Source of the DNA: Candidatus Firestoneibacteriota bacterium
Lineage (GTDB): Bacteria; Oederibacteriota; D2-FULL-39-29
DNA length: 64,000 bases
Assembly: GCA_903928075.1 (NCBI GenBank)
Contig: CAIYPD010000096.1
Coordinates: forward strand, 71,609 to 135,608
Direction of reading: 5' to 3'
Shown here: positions 34,985-43,885 of the stretch, one piece after another
Layout: each line of letters begins with the position of its first letter
Numbering within the stretch: the first letter of the stretch is position 1
Notes under the pieces: generated by a model
Database searches by the model: none
Told to the model about the DNA's origin: nothing
The model's input: the letters and a program-made list of their open reading frames with translations, nothing else
Made by a program: the position numbers and the translations under genes

Positions 34985-35923
34985 ATGTCAAAAAAACTGT
35001 TTGCGCTCCTAAATAAAAAGAAAAGGTTTGCAGCTAATTTTTCTGTTGTTTCAAATGCTTCTCTTGTGGTCTTAAAGCTAATTGTCGGCCTTATGTCAGG
35101 CGCCGTAAGTATCATCGCGGAAGCTATTCACTCCTGTCTGGATCTCGTAGCAGCTATAATTGCGAAATATTCTGTGGTTAAATCTACACAACCGGCCGAC
35201 GAAAGCCATCACTTCGGACACGGCAAGATTGAGAATGTCTCAGCCCTTATTGAAGGCTTGCTGATATTCTTTGCGGCCTATCTAATAATTCACGAAGCCT
35301 ATGACAAAATTGCGCACGGCGTAAACATAGACAACATCGGAATTGGTATCGGGGTCATGCTTCTTTCCACCCTTGTAAACTACTTTATTTCCGGGTATTT
35401 ATTTAAAGTTTCCAAAGAAGCGGAGTCTGATGCCCTGGACGCGGATGCCTGGCATCTCAGAACGGATGTCTACACCTCTCTCGGGGTATTTTTCGCCCTG
35501 CTTTTGATACATTTTTTTAAAGGCATTGTGCCTCATATAGAATATCTTGACCCGATAATTGCTATCGGGGCAGCAGGCTGGATATCTTTTGCCGCCTTTC
35601 AGATAACCAAGGACTCTATACTTAACCTGGTCGATACGAAAATCTCCCTGGAAGAGGAAAAGATCGTACATAGCGCAATCAAAGAGAATTCCGAATCCTT
35701 TGTGGATTTCCATAAACTAAGAAGCCGGAAATCCGGCCCCTTCCGGTATTTAGACCTGCACCTGACGGTCTCCCGGGACCTGCATGTGGATGAGGCCCAT
35801 AAACTCTCACACCATATAGAAAAAGATATCAAAAAACTTTTAAGAAATACCGAGGTATTGTTCCATCTGGAACCCTGTAACGCCGTCTGTAAGAAGTGCA
35901 GGATGAAATGCTCAAGACACTGA
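34985..35923 (+). CDS. Cation diffusion facilitator (CDF) family metal efflux transporter. The first ATG is at 34985; the ORF-track start at 34952 is a TTG.
   Basis: HSCLDLVAAIIAKYS ... HHFGHGKIENVSALIEGLLIFFAAYLI are signature CDF transmembrane motifs. Confidence 0.7.
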   Translation: MSKKLFALLNKKKRFAANFSVVSNASLVVLKLIVGLMSGAVSIIAEAIHSCLDLVAAIIAKYSVVKSTQPADESHHFGHGKIENVSALIEGLLIFFAAYLIIHEAYDKIAHGVNIDNIGIGIGVMLLSTLVNYFISGYLFKVSKEAESDALDADAWHLRTDVYTSLGVFFALLLIHFFKGIVPHIEYLDPIIAIGAAGWISFAAFQITKDSILNLVDTKISLEEEKIVHSAIKENSESFVDFHKLRSRKSGPFRYLDLHLTVSRDLHVDEAHKLSHHIEKDIKKLLRNTEVLFHLEPCNAVCKKCRMKCSRH

Positions 35924-36450
35924 TCGGAGTCTTTTCCGATACCCATAATAATACCGACCTGCTCATAAGAGCCGCTGAAGAAGCTAAAACCCTGGGCGCC
36001 ACCGTTTTTTGCCACCTGGGTGACACTTATAAGGACGCGGAACTACTTTTTGAATATTCCGCTAAGATTTTGCGTGTCCCGGGACTTCACGAAAAGCAGT
36101 ACGCCGACCCGAAAATACAAAATCATTTTTTTACGGAGCTGGCCGGCTTTAATATCTTCCTGACCCATTCTGACCGGCTGGAAGAGGAGGATCTGACCGG
36201 CAGCCTGAATCCAAAAATAATAGCAATAAACAATGAAGCTGATATCTATCTCTACGGACACACTCATCTTTACGAAGCCATGATAAAAGGTGACACGCTC
36301 TTCCTGAACCCCGGGCATTTAAAAAAAGGCGATAATAGAAGCAGTACGCTTTCTTTCGGCCTGCTTGAACTAACAGATAAAAAAGCTATCGGCAGAGTCT
36401 ATGAACTCGGCGGGAAGATTTTGCAGGAGACCGTGCTACTAAAATTCTAA
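35896..36450 (+). CDS. YfcE/MJ0936-type metallophosphoesterase. Start is GTG at 35896 or ATG at 35908; it overlaps the CDF gene's 3' end.
   Basis: GVFSDTHNN, GHTHLYEA and LNPGH phosphoesterase motifs. Confidence 0.65.
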   Translation: MQDEMLKTLIGVFSDTHNNTDLLIRAAEEAKTLGATVFCHLGDTYKDAELLFEYSAKILRVPGLHEKQYADPKIQNHFFTELAGFNIFLTHSDRLEEEDLTGSLNPKIIAINNEADIYLYGHTHLYEAMIKGDTLFLNPGHLKKGDNRSSTLSFGLLELTDKKAIGRVYELGGKILQETVLLKF

Positions 36451-36633
36451 GATCAAAACTCGAAATTCGAAACAAAAGCGTTGAAATATATTTTACTGAG
36501 ATCCGGAACAGAAACATCGGAAAATAAGCACTAAGATCTATCCGCCCAAAGGAATGGCGGACTAAACAACAGCTTCGAAATATTATTTTTGATATTCACA
36601 GCAGAAAATCCGATGTTTGTTGCTTCCGGAGCT

Positions 36634-37125
36634 TTATGTTATACCTGAAAATTTGAGAAGCAGTATAATCACCCACATCGTAAGATTAGTATACACGCCA
36701 GCTATAAGGTCATCCGTCATAACGCCCCAGCCGCCTTTTAATTCCTGAGCTTCCCTTGCCGGCGAAGGTTTCCAGACATCAAACAAGCGGAAAAGAAAAA
36801 ATCCTGCGGCGGCAAAAAGCAGATTCTGCGGCATAAAGGCCATGGAAAAGAGGTAGCCGGCTATCTCATCTATCACTATCTTTCCGGAATCCTTTTTCCC
36901 GTATATTTTTTCGGCTTCCGTGGAAATATAGACTCCGGCCATAAAGATTACTACAGCGGTATGAAGGACATATTTAGGGGGAAGCAAAAAAAAGAGCGCG
37001 ACACCCACAAGCGTACCGGTGGTGCCGCTGGCAAAAGGGGAATAACCGGTCCCAAAACCGGAAGCAAAGATTTTAATTAGTATGTTTTTCAAAAAAATGC
37101 CCTCTATTCTTTCCGATAAAATCAT
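36634..37125 (-). CDS. pgpA: Phosphatidylglycerophosphatase A.
   Basis: GFGTGYSPFASGTTGTL, DEIAG and FRLFDVWKP motifs. The ATG at 37125 overlaps the 3' end of pgsA by about 50 nt. Confidence 0.65.
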   Translation of the reverse strand: MILSERIEGIFLKNILIKIFASGFGTGYSPFASGTTGTLVGVALFFLLPPKYVLHTAVVIFMAGVYISTEAEKIYGKKDSGKIVIDEIAGYLFSMAFMPQNLLFAAAGFFLFRLFDVWKPSPAREAQELKGGWGVMTDDLIAGVYTNLTMWVIILLLKFSGIT

Positions 37126-37714
37126 AAGCGGAATAGACGGAGTAGACCACGCAAATAAAACCCATGATATAAGGCAGTGCGCCGATAAAAGCCAGGATAT
37201 TCTCTCCCGCGTCGCCCTGGGCCAGCAGCCGGGCATCCAGATCCCAGATATCCTGCGCCACGATTATCACAAGGATGGTAATTATAGTGGCAATGTGCCA
37301 GGCGGTTTTATGCTTACCGGACTGCTCGGCCGGCAAAACTTTATTACCGTTTGAAATTGCGAGCATCCTTAAAGAGGTTATCAAAAATTCTCTTGCCATC
37401 ATTACTATTATCATCCAGGTCGGGACAAGTTCCAGTTGTATAAAGGAGATAAAGGCCGAAAAGACGAGTAGTTTATCGGCGATGGGATCCATGAACTTAC
37501 CAAAATCCGTGACTTCGTTTCTCTCCCGGGCCAAAATACCGTCATACAAATCGGTGAGCGAAGCCACGACAAAAATAATAAGCGCTATAAGGGCACCGTA
37601 TTTCAGCTTCGCAAAAAGAAAGACGAGAAAAAAAGGAATAAAGACTATCCGTGCAATCGTAAGCGAATTAGAATAATTAATTTTAATCTCCAAAAGCCTC
37701 TCCAATAAGGTCAT
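37073..37714 (-). CDS. pgsA: CDP-diacylglycerol--glycerol-3-phosphate 3-phosphatidyltransferase.
   Basis: CDP-alcohol phosphatidyltransferase motif DLYDGILARERNEVTDFGKFMDPIADK. Confidence 0.7.
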   Translation of the reverse strand: MTLLERLLEIKINYSNSLTIARIVFIPFFLVFLFAKLKYGALIALIIFVVASLTDLYDGILARERNEVTDFGKFMDPIADKLLVFSAFISFIQLELVPTWMIIVMMAREFLITSLRMLAISNGNKVLPAEQSGKHKTAWHIATIITILVIIVAQDIWDLDARLLAQGDAGENILAFIGALPYIMGFICVVYSVYSAYDFIGKNRGHFFEKHTN

Positions 37715-39020
37715 AAGGAAGTGCCTTAAGTACCTTTACGGTAATTATATCTCCCGGAAGTATCCGATTATCGCCTGTAACAACGGGAAAATAGACCCGG
37801 CCGTCAACATCAGGCGCATCCCCGAGCGTTCTGCCCGCCGCCGTTCCATTTTTAAGGGTATCAACGAGCACCTCTATTTTACTCCCAATCTTTTCTTTGT
37901 TCAATTGCAAAGAGACCTTCTGCTGCCCGGTCATAAGCGCTTTTAACCTTCTTTTCTTTTCCGGTTCACTCACCCCGCCGGGCAGGGCATAAGCGGGAGT
38001 TCCTTTTTCTTTTGAGAAAGCAAAAACGCCCAGCTTGTTAAATTTTACCCGGCCGATAAAGGCCAGCATCGCCTCAAACTCCTGCCTTGTTTCCCCGGGA
38101 AAACCCGTAATAAGTGTCGTTCTAATTACCGCATTCTTTACTTTGCGCTTTATTCTTTCCAGCAGTTTTTCTATATCTTCTTTTAAATAAGTCCTGCGCA
38201 TTAATTTAAGTAGCCGGTCTTCCGTATGTTGAAGCGGGATGTCAAAATAAGGGGCGACTTTTTTAAGCCCGGCCATAGTTTCAAGCAATTCATCGGTCAC
38301 GCGGGAAGGATACATATAAAGCACCCGGAGCCAGTCTATCCCCTTCACTTTTACAAGCTCTTTAAGAAGTTTTGCAAGAACAGGCCGGCCGTAAAGGTCT
38401 TCCCCGTAGAGGGTTGTATCCTGTGAGATAAGATTTATTTCCCGGACTCCGAGCGCAGCAAGTTTCTTCGCTTCCAGAACTATGTCTTTAAGCGGCCTGC
38501 TCCGGAAATTCCCTCTAATTGAGGGAATAAGACAATAGGAACAACAGTTGTCGCAACCGTCGCCTATTTTTATATACGCCTGATGGGGTAGCGTCGCCAG
38601 CACGCGGGGCATCCCGCTGTCATAAAGAAATGTTTTTTTCAAATAGGCAGGAAGGAGTACCCGCCCTCTCTTTTTTAGAGCCGCTAAACAGATTTGTCCG
38701 GTTTCGGGTATCCGGGCAAAAGGAATAAAGATTCTGACTCCCGGAAAAAGCTTTTGAAGTTTTTCCGGATGACTTGAGACAAAACAGCCGGTTACAGCGA
38801 CTACTGCTCCTTCTTTTTTGTTTTTAACCGCTTTTCTTATTTCCTGCCGGGCTTCCTGCCTTGAAGCAGAAAGAAAGGAACAGGTATTTATAAGAATACA
38901 ATCCGCGGTTTTTGATTCTACTGCCGGTTCAAAACCGCTCTTTCTTAAAGAACCAAGCATTATTTCCGCGTCCACCAGATTCTTCGCACAGCCCAAACTA
39001 ACAACAAATACTGACGGCAT
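37683..39020 (-). CDS. rimO: Ribosomal protein S12 methylthiotransferase RimO (radical-SAM MiaB-like with TRAM domain).
   Basis: N-terminus VVSLGCAKNLVDAE. Radical-SAM CDNCCSYC motif. C-terminal DAPDVDGRVYF TRAM-like region. 445 aa. Confidence 0.75.
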   Translation of the reverse strand: MPSVFVVSLGCAKNLVDAEIMLGSLRKSGFEPAVESKTADCILINTCSFLSASRQEARQEIRKAVKNKKEGAVVAVTGCFVSSHPEKLQKLFPGVRIFIPFARIPETGQICLAALKKRGRVLLPAYLKKTFLYDSGMPRVLATLPHQAYIKIGDGCDNCCSYCLIPSIRGNFRSRPLKDIVLEAKKLAALGVREINLISQDTTLYGEDLYGRPVLAKLLKELVKVKGIDWLRVLYMYPSRVTDELLETMAGLKKVAPYFDIPLQHTEDRLLKLMRRTYLKEDIEKLLERIKRKVKNAVIRTTLITGFPGETRQEFEAMLAFIGRVKFNKLGVFAFSKEKGTPAYALPGGVSEPEKKRRLKALMTGQQKVSLQLNKEKIGSKIEVLVDTLKNGTAAGRTLGDAPDVDGRVYFPVVTGDNRILPGDIITVKVLKALPYDLIGEAFGD

Positions 39021-39100
39021 TTATTTTCCCTTTGTCTATAATATTTTCATACAAGCGGGCGGTTTTCCCGCTTCATTATTTTGTACTTTGTACCTAGTTT

Positions 39101-39892
39101 TTATTGACAGTAGGTCCCGTAATATTCGCAATAATTACAGAGGCCGCTTTTTTGGGTCTTAAATTCCTGAGTCGCTTCAATTTCATTGATAACACCCATA
39201 GTCTCTGTCTTGATACCCTGCAGTTGTTCCTCATTTTTGTTTATCCTGAACTCAATGCCCGACATCAGGTAGTGCCAGATAAGTGTTATCTTTTTTCCTG
39301 AGAACTCCTCGGCAACGCCTATATGATAAAGCGGGAGTTGTCTTTCCTTTTCCATCTTCGCTTCGGAGGGCGCATTCGCTCCTGTCTTATAATCGTGGAT
39401 CTCCAGGTCCCCGGCCGCAGTTTCATCCAGGCGGTCTATGATACCGTTTAAAAGATAGGTCCCGGCAGGATCCAGTTTTATCTGTATTCTTTTTTCCATC
39501 CCGAGAATTTTGTTCTGATCAAAAGGCGCATATTTTTCGAAATAACGCTCTATACATCTCTCCCCCATACTCTTATAATCCTCCGGACCCCGGCCCCGTT
39601 TTACCACCAATATAGAGCTTTTATAGCCTTCAAATTCCTTGAAATTTTTTGTCTTGCCGGAACCGTTTATCCAAAAATAATTAAAGAGCTGTTTGATCGC
39701 TTCTTTGGGATTGCCTTTTTTTAGAAGTTTATCCCGGTTCAGATAAGTATATTCCAGCGTATAATGCACAATGTTTCCGAGAAAACGTTCTATTGTGTCT
39801 TTGTCAATTTTTATCTTCTCAATATATCTTAGTTTGTATTGAAAAGGACAGTTCTCAAAGGTTGAGAGTTTTGAATAAGAATATATTTTCAC
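39101..39892 (-). CDS. Cas4-like PD-(D/E)xK nuclease with Fe-S cysteine cluster. The likely start is GTG at 39892, overlapping the rbsK stop (GTGA).
   Basis: N-terminus YSYSKLSTFENCPFQYKLRY. IIDRLDE...LEIHDYKTG matches the D/ExK core. C-terminus CNYCEYYGTYC gives a 1+3 Cys arrangement as in Cas4/AddB. The ORF-track extension to 40000 overlaps rbsK by 111 nt. Confidence 0.5.
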   Translation of the reverse strand: MKIYSYSKLSTFENCPFQYKLRYIEKIKIDKDTIERFLGNIVHYTLEYTYLNRDKLLKKGNPKEAIKQLFNYFWINGSGKTKNFKEFEGYKSSILVVKRGRGPEDYKSMGERCIERYFEKYAPFDQNKILGMEKRIQIKLDPAGTYLLNGIIDRLDETAAGDLEIHDYKTGANAPSEAKMEKERQLPLYHIGVAEEFSGKKITLIWHYLMSGIEFRINKNEEQLQGIKTETMGVINEIEATQEFKTQKSGLCNYCEYYGTYCQ

Positions 39893-40809
39893 TTCTGCCG
39901 GCTTAAGAATTGGTTTATCTCCGTTCTTGCGGGCAACGAGGATTGAGCGCCCATTTTTGTTACGGCCAGTGCCGCAACTGCACTTCCAAATTTTACGCAT
40001 TCACAGAAATCTTTCTCCTCCGCCAAAGCGCAGGCAAAACCGCCGGTAAAAGCGTCTCCCGCCGCGGTGGTGTCCAGGGCTTTAACCTTGAAAGCCGGAA
40101 ACCGCATTTCAAAACCTTTTCCGGCTGCGAATACACCTTTTTTTCCCATGGTTATGATTACATTTTTAACGCCAGAAGCCTTTAGTTTGGCTGCAGCTCT
40201 TCTGACTGAAGCGGTATCCGTAATCTTTATTCCGGTCAATATTTCCGCCTCGGTTTCATTGGGATTGAGCAGGTAAATATTTTTAAGCAGAGCCCCGGGC
40301 AGTTTTCTTGCGGGTGCGGGATTAAAGATTACCGGTACATTTAATTTAAGCGCAAGTTCAATGGAATAGGCTACCGTTTTTTCCGGCATCTCCTGCTGGA
40401 GCACAACACAGGCTGCAGCTTTTATCTCTTCTTTGGCTTTTTTAATATCCCCGGGAAAAAGTTTACTGTTTGCGCCCAGTGCCACGACTATAGAGTTCTG
40501 AGCGTTTTTATCTACGGTAATTATGGCCACACCTGAAGGCTCTTTTTTATCCCTGGAAACAAAACGCGTATCCAATCCCGCTTTTTTAAAATTGGCAAGC
40601 GCTCTATCACCAAAGATATCAGAACCCAGCTTTGAGATAAAAATAACCCTGGCCCCGGCCCTGGCTGCAGCGACGGCCTGATTAGCCCCTTTGCCTCCGG
40701 GGACCACAAGAAAACCACCGCCAAGAACCGTCTCCCCGCCTACAGGAGCCTTTTCAGTCCGGATTACCATATCCGTATTTGAACTACCGATAACAACAAC
40801 CGTTTTCAT
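39889..40809 (-). CDS. rbsK: Ribokinase (PfkB family).
   Basis: GGKGANQAVAAARAG and DTTAAGDAFTGGF motifs. 306 aa. Confidence 0.75.
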   Translation of the reverse strand: MKTVVVIGSSNTDMVIRTEKAPVGGETVLGGGFLVVPGGKGANQAVAAARAGARVIFISKLGSDIFGDRALANFKKAGLDTRFVSRDKKEPSGVAIITVDKNAQNSIVVALGANSKLFPGDIKKAKEEIKAAACVVLQQEMPEKTVAYSIELALKLNVPVIFNPAPARKLPGALLKNIYLLNPNETEAEILTGIKITDTASVRRAAAKLKASGVKNVIITMGKKGVFAAGKGFEMRFPAFKVKALDTTAAGDAFTGGFACALAEEKDFCECVKFGSAVAALAVTKMGAQSSLPARTEINQFLSRQK

Positions 40810-40829
40810 TTTTTCCTTTTAATCCTTAT

Positions 40830-40900
40830 CCGTCCATCCGTGCCATCTCTCTTTCTATCCGTCCATCTGTGTCATCTCTCTTTTATCTGTGTCATCAGCC
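40830..40900. repeat. Three tandem copies of the ATCYGTGYCATC motif (CATCCGTGCCATCTCTC / CATCTGTGTCATCTCTC / ATCTGTGTCATCAGCC) in the rbsK / ACT-gene divergent promoter region.
   Basis: Direct repeats visible in the sequence. They are related to 24094-24219 and 50366-50494. Confidence 0.5.
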
Positions 40901-40969
40901 CGCAACGAGCCGGATACCGGTTTCGTTGCGGGCTTGACAACGGCACCGACATATAATATAATCCATTCA

Positions 40970-41500
40970 ATGATATTTTACAAGGTACTTTTAGCGATTG
41001 GCCCGGATAAGCCGGGTATTGTAAGCCGGGTTTCTTCTTTTCTTACCGAACGGGGTTGTAATATTGAAGATAGTAAAATGTCAATCCTGGGGGAAGATTT
41101 CACACTCGCCCTCTTATTTTCCGGAGCTCTCCCCTCTATCGAAAAAGTAAAAGCGGAGCTCAAAGACCTTGAAAGCGCCGCCGGACTTGCCACCCTCCTA
41201 AAAGATACAAAAGCGCCGCCCGCCCGGCCCAAAGAAGATTCGGTTCACTATACCGTCGAAGTCTTCGGGATGGATCACCAGGGAATAGTAAACGAAGTAA
41301 CAGAAATTCTGCATAAAAATAAGATCAATGTTGAGAGTTTAGAAACCGCAGTGGAAAATGCCCCGGTCTCCGGTTCGCCCGTTTTTAAAATGCACATCAA
41401 GATAGCTGTTCCCGCCGCAGTCTACATCAACAGGCTCAAAGAAGAGTTTCTTGAACTCGAAAAAAAACAGAATTTAAATATCACCCTTAAAAACGCCTGA
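40970..41500 (+). CDS. Tandem ACT-domain protein (GcvR-like).
   Basis: Two ACT-like modules (MIFYKVLLAIGPDKPGIVSRVSSFLTERGCNIE and VHYTVEVFGMDHQGIVNEVTEILHKNKINVESL). Confidence 0.5.
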   Translation: MIFYKVLLAIGPDKPGIVSRVSSFLTERGCNIEDSKMSILGEDFTLALLFSGALPSIEKVKAELKDLESAAGLATLLKDTKAPPARPKEDSVHYTVEVFGMDHQGIVNEVTEILHKNKINVESLETAVENAPVSGSPVFKMHIKIAVPAAVYINRLKEEFLELEKKQNLNITLKNA

Positions 41501-41587
41501 ATTTGCTAATAACAAACTCAGGCAGAAAATAGACAATAGACAATGGAAAATAGATTGAAGGCTTTGCATCGTTTTTAATTTCATAAG

Positions 41588-41622
41588 AAAAGTGGGCGGC
41601 AAATGCCGCCCACTTTATTTTC
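41588..41622. terminator. Bidirectional rho-independent terminator (AGTGGGCGGCaaatGCCGCCCACT plus a T-run) between convergent genes.
   Basis: 10-bp GC-rich stem, 4-nt loop, TTTATTTT tail. Confidence 0.65.
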
Positions 41623-41632
41623 CTTAATATTT

Positions 41633-43885
41633 TTACTTGGAAAGAGAGGTTCGGTACTTATCCAGAAGTTTTTTGTATTTCGACGGCACTTCGTCCCGGG
41701 TCATATTCTCGACCGTATCCTCATCTTTTCCGTAATTTTTCTTATCAAGAAACGCCCGGTTTTTCAGCTCGCCGAAAAGATTTGCCAGTTCCTGCAGTTT
41801 TTTGACAATCTGGCCCCTGTTTCTTTCTTTATTTTCTTCCTTAAGTTCTTTTTTGGCCAGTTCCAAAGCTTTCTTTAGCTCTTCCGCCTTTTTCTTGTCA
41901 ACTTCTTCCATTTTTTTCAACTGCTCTTCCACCTGCTTCAAAATCTCATCAAGTTTTTTCTCTTCAGATTTATCCTGTTCCATTTTCTTGGCTTCTTCCT
42001 CTAACTTCTTCTGCAAGTCCTCCATTTCTTTCTTTTCATCTTTCTTGGCCTGATCTTCCTGCTCCTTCTTCAGTTCTTCTGCCTTTTTCTGCTGTTCTTC
42101 CATCAATTTTTTTAAAGTTTCTTCCAGTTTCTTTTCCGCTTCCATGGCTTTTTCAAGCGCTTTTTCCATCTGGGATTTCTGGAGTTCTTTCTCAACTTTT
42201 TGCTGTTCCTGCTTGGCTTCTTCGGATTTATCCTTTACATCTTTCATCTCCTCTTTCTTCTGGAGTTCTTCCAGTTTCTCCGTGAGTTCTTCCTGCTTTT
42301 TCTTCAGATTATCCTCTTCTTTCATATCTTGTGAAATCTTTTTTAATTCTTTGGCCATATCCTTGTTGGTGTCTTCAAGTTTTTTAGCCTGATCCTCAAG
42401 CTGTTTTTCCATATCTTTCCGGTCCCGGTCTTTTTGCGCATCATCTTTCTTCTCAAGATCTTTTTTCATTTCTTCAATTTTCTCGGAAAGTTCTTTTAAC
42501 TTCTCGGCCGTGTCTTTTTGCTCCGTGTTTTTCTGCTGGTCCAGCTCTTTAGCCATCTCGTCTAATTTCTTTTCCTGCGGCCGGTCCTTGGCATCCGGCA
42601 GATCCTGCGTTTTCTCGTCTTTCGGCAAGATAATACCCTGTTTCTCCAGTGCATTTTCCAGGGCTTTTTGATCTTTTAACCGGTCAAAATCGGTTTTCGG
42701 GAATTGCTCATCAACCTGGCCGCTTTTTGGCGCATTAGGGTCCGCCTCCTGATAAGTATCTTCATCAGGTGCGCTCATTCCTGCGGGCATTCCCGGTGTT
42801 TTAACCGCCGGCATTTTCTTAGTCAGGTTAAAATTATAACCGTCTCTTATCCTGTCTCTTTCCACAGCAACCCCGCCCATATAGGCTTTTGGATTACTTT
42901 TTAATTTTAAATTCATTACCCAGATTTGGTAGTTGCCGTCAGTTGGCAGGTCCTGCACCACCCATTTTCCATCGCTGTCGGTCTTTGCGCCTATGCCCTG
43001 TGCCCGGGAATCGGTCGAACTCTTAACGGCCACATATATATCCACGGCCGGCTTGCCGTCCAGCGTACAAATACCCGAAAGCCCGCCCGTGTTAGGTTTG
43101 CCGGCGAGCCAGGGTTTCTTTCTTTCGTTTATTTTGTTCTTCATATCTTTATTAAGGTTTTTTTGTTCAGACAGAAGACTCTTAACCGCTTCTATATTTT
43201 CCCCCTTGGCATCCAGCTTTTCTTCTTTATTTTTTTCCTGCTTTTTAATATCCTCCTGCAAAGTATTACCTTTCAAAAGCGCCGTAAAAAATTTATTTAC
43301 CAGAGGAATACCCGTCGTGCTTTTAAGCAGAAACTCCGGGGCCACAATAGATGCCGCAAAAACCGTTATCATCACGCCGACAGCAAAACCTATATATTTC
43401 CGGCCCTTGGTCAAAGCCAGGGCTTTTCTCAGATCCAATTTTAAAGCTTTTTTTACTTTATCGGTATCTACCCAGAGCGCTTTAATAAGTCCGGGTGAAA
43501 AAATCACAGCCGCTTCGGATTTGTTCATTTCGACGGAACAAATAAATCTGTCCAGAAGCTGCGGATACCGTTTCTCTATCATAAGTGCCAGCTCTTCTTC
43601 ATTGGCTTTGGCAAAAAGCGGTTTTAGTACATAAAAAACTATAGCCAGAGCAAAGGAAGCCAGCAGGCTGTAAAGCATATATCTTGCAATTACCGTAGAG
43701 ACCGGAAAGGCATAATTAAGCGCCATAAACAAACCAAACATCAGTAAGACCTGCAGAGCCGTCACCGAAAAACGGATTCCGACTATCAAAAGCTTTTGCA
43801 TCTTAGCTACTTTGTCAATTTCGGCCTTTATACTGTTGAACTCAGCCCTGCGTTTTTCAGTTTCCGCATCTAATTTTACTTCCAT
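41633..43885 (-). CDS. Membrane protein with N-terminal transmembrane helices, a carboxypeptidase-regulatory-like beta-sandwich, and a K/E/Q-rich coiled-coil region of about 330 aa.
   Basis: Transmembrane helices in the first 200 aa. GKPAVDIYVAV...TDSDGKWVVQDLPTDGNYQIWV. Then low-complexity EKKLEE/KKMEE repeats. A GGGAAGGGGG ribosome-binding site. It overlaps the anti-sigma stop by 10 nt. Confidence 0.5.
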   Translation of the reverse strand: MEVKLDAETEKRRAEFNSIKAEIDKVAKMQKLLIVGIRFSVTALQVLLMFGLFMALNYAFPVSTVIARYMLYSLLASFALAIVFYVLKPLFAKANEEELALMIEKRYPQLLDRFICSVEMNKSEAAVIFSPGLIKALWVDTDKVKKALKLDLRKALALTKGRKYIGFAVGVMITVFAASIVAPEFLLKSTTGIPLVNKFFTALLKGNTLQEDIKKQEKNKEEKLDAKGENIEAVKSLLSEQKNLNKDMKNKINERKKPWLAGKPNTGGLSGICTLDGKPAVDIYVAVKSSTDSRAQGIGAKTDSDGKWVVQDLPTDGNYQIWVMNLKLKSNPKAYMGGVAVERDRIRDGYNFNLTKKMPAVKTPGMPAGMSAPDEDTYQEADPNAPKSGQVDEQFPKTDFDRLKDQKALENALEKQGIILPKDEKTQDLPDAKDRPQEKKLDEMAKELDQQKNTEQKDTAEKLKELSEKIEEMKKDLEKKDDAQKDRDRKDMEKQLEDQAKKLEDTNKDMAKELKKISQDMKEEDNLKKKQEELTEKLEELQKKEEMKDVKDKSEEAKQEQQKVEKELQKSQMEKALEKAMEAEKKLEETLKKLMEEQQKKAEELKKEQEDQAKKDEKKEMEDLQKKLEEEAKKMEQDKSEEKKLDEILKQVEEQLKKMEEVDKKKAEELKKALELAKKELKEENKERNRGQIVKKLQELANLFGELKNRAFLDKKNYGKDEDTVENMTRDEVPSKYKKLLDKYRTSLSK

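Noticed and set aside
36451-36633. Convergent intergenic region between the phosphoesterase and pgpA genes as a terminator.
   Set aside because: Only a weak CCGCCCaaaggaatGGCGG stem with no adjacent T-run. Not convincing.
39101-39892. Cas4-like nuclease as evidence of a CRISPR-Cas locus.
   Set aside because: There is no cas1, cas2 or array within the window. PD-(D/E)xK Fe-S nucleases also occur outside CRISPR contexts.
41802-43634. Several plus-strand ORFs (41802, 42144, 42926, 42933) inside the coiled-coil membrane protein gene.
   Set aside because: Their translations are low-complexity Ser/Phe-rich. They are artefacts of the K/E-rich codon bias (AAG/GAA repeats) on the opposite strand.
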